A DNA stretch of 62,917 nt, the filler included, from Pelomyxa schiedti (Eukaryota; Protista; Evosea), in the NCBI GenBank assembly GCA_020536535.1. It is 3 parts of 3 records of this genome, joined end to end, with 100 filler letters (N's around TTAATTAATTAA, not from the genome) between each part and the next. Parts side by side here need not be neighbours in the genome. Positions count along the whole stretch, not along the records: positions 58,305 to 62,917 come from JAHLWZ010001576.1; 2 more parts are not named here. One strand, 5' to 3'. Positions 62,398-62,917 of the stretch are shown here, one piece after another (position 1 is the stretch's first letter; the number at the start of each line of letters is the position of its first letter). A model generated the notes under the pieces. That model saw only the letters and a program-made list of their open reading frames with translations, ran no database searches and was not told the origin of the DNA. A program made the position numbers and the translations under genes.

Positions 62398-62917
62398 CGC
62401 GCGTATGATCGCTGTAGATGAATTCTTTCCCCGAAAAGGTCTTCGGGGAACAAGTGGAACGTGTGAGAAGCACAACTGTGGTTTCACATTCCGACAGCAT
62501 CGGCCTGTGTGCTGCCCCAGTGAGAAGAGACTACTGATCTGAGCGCAGGGCATTTGAATCGGGGAGGCTGTTTCCAATAACCGCCCACCGCTGAGCAAAA
62601 AAGAGAGAACCTTCTTGAGGCCTTGTGTCCACCACAGTAGCTGACTGTCCTCAGGTTGACCAGAATCACCTGCCACCTTCCAAGCCCCTCATTCAGCTAT
62701 TTCTATTCTAACACGGGGAAGGGGAAGGTGATGGATGATAACACAACTAAGACTGTTGGAGCCACCAGGCTTTGATGTGCCCACTGTGTTTGTAGTGTAG
62801 TATTCATATTTTTATTCCAAGTATACAGCACAAGTAATGATTGCATTGGGAGAATGATTCATGCTATACTCTTCCCAAGTTTGGTGTCCTGCAAACTGTG
62901 TGCACACTGATTACCAG

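Overview
Gene-dense, intron-rich eukaryotic DNA with short (about 40-70 nt) GT-AG introns and three scaffold gaps. The gene content (Roco kinase, TKL kinase, RWP-RK, KAPP-like PP2C) points to an amoebozoan-type protist; an archamoeba such as Pelomyxa is my guess and cannot be proven here. About 24 protein genes can be reconstructed by hand-splicing, plus a decayed Ty3/Gypsy retrotransposon and a hairpin-forming tandem repeat at the left edge. The best candidate for an undescribed system is a LRRK-type Roco kinase (LRR-ROC-COR-kinase-WD40) with an N-terminally fused, degenerate Rab GTPase. That Rab keeps the switch-II threonine which LRRK2 phosphorylates in Rab8/Rab10. Second is an apparent three-part fusion of an AIF/FSP1-like FAD oxidoreductase, an NmrA-like domain and a TKL kinase. 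Exon boundaries and many gene ends were inferred by eye and are approximate; family assignments rest on recalled motifs, not database searches.
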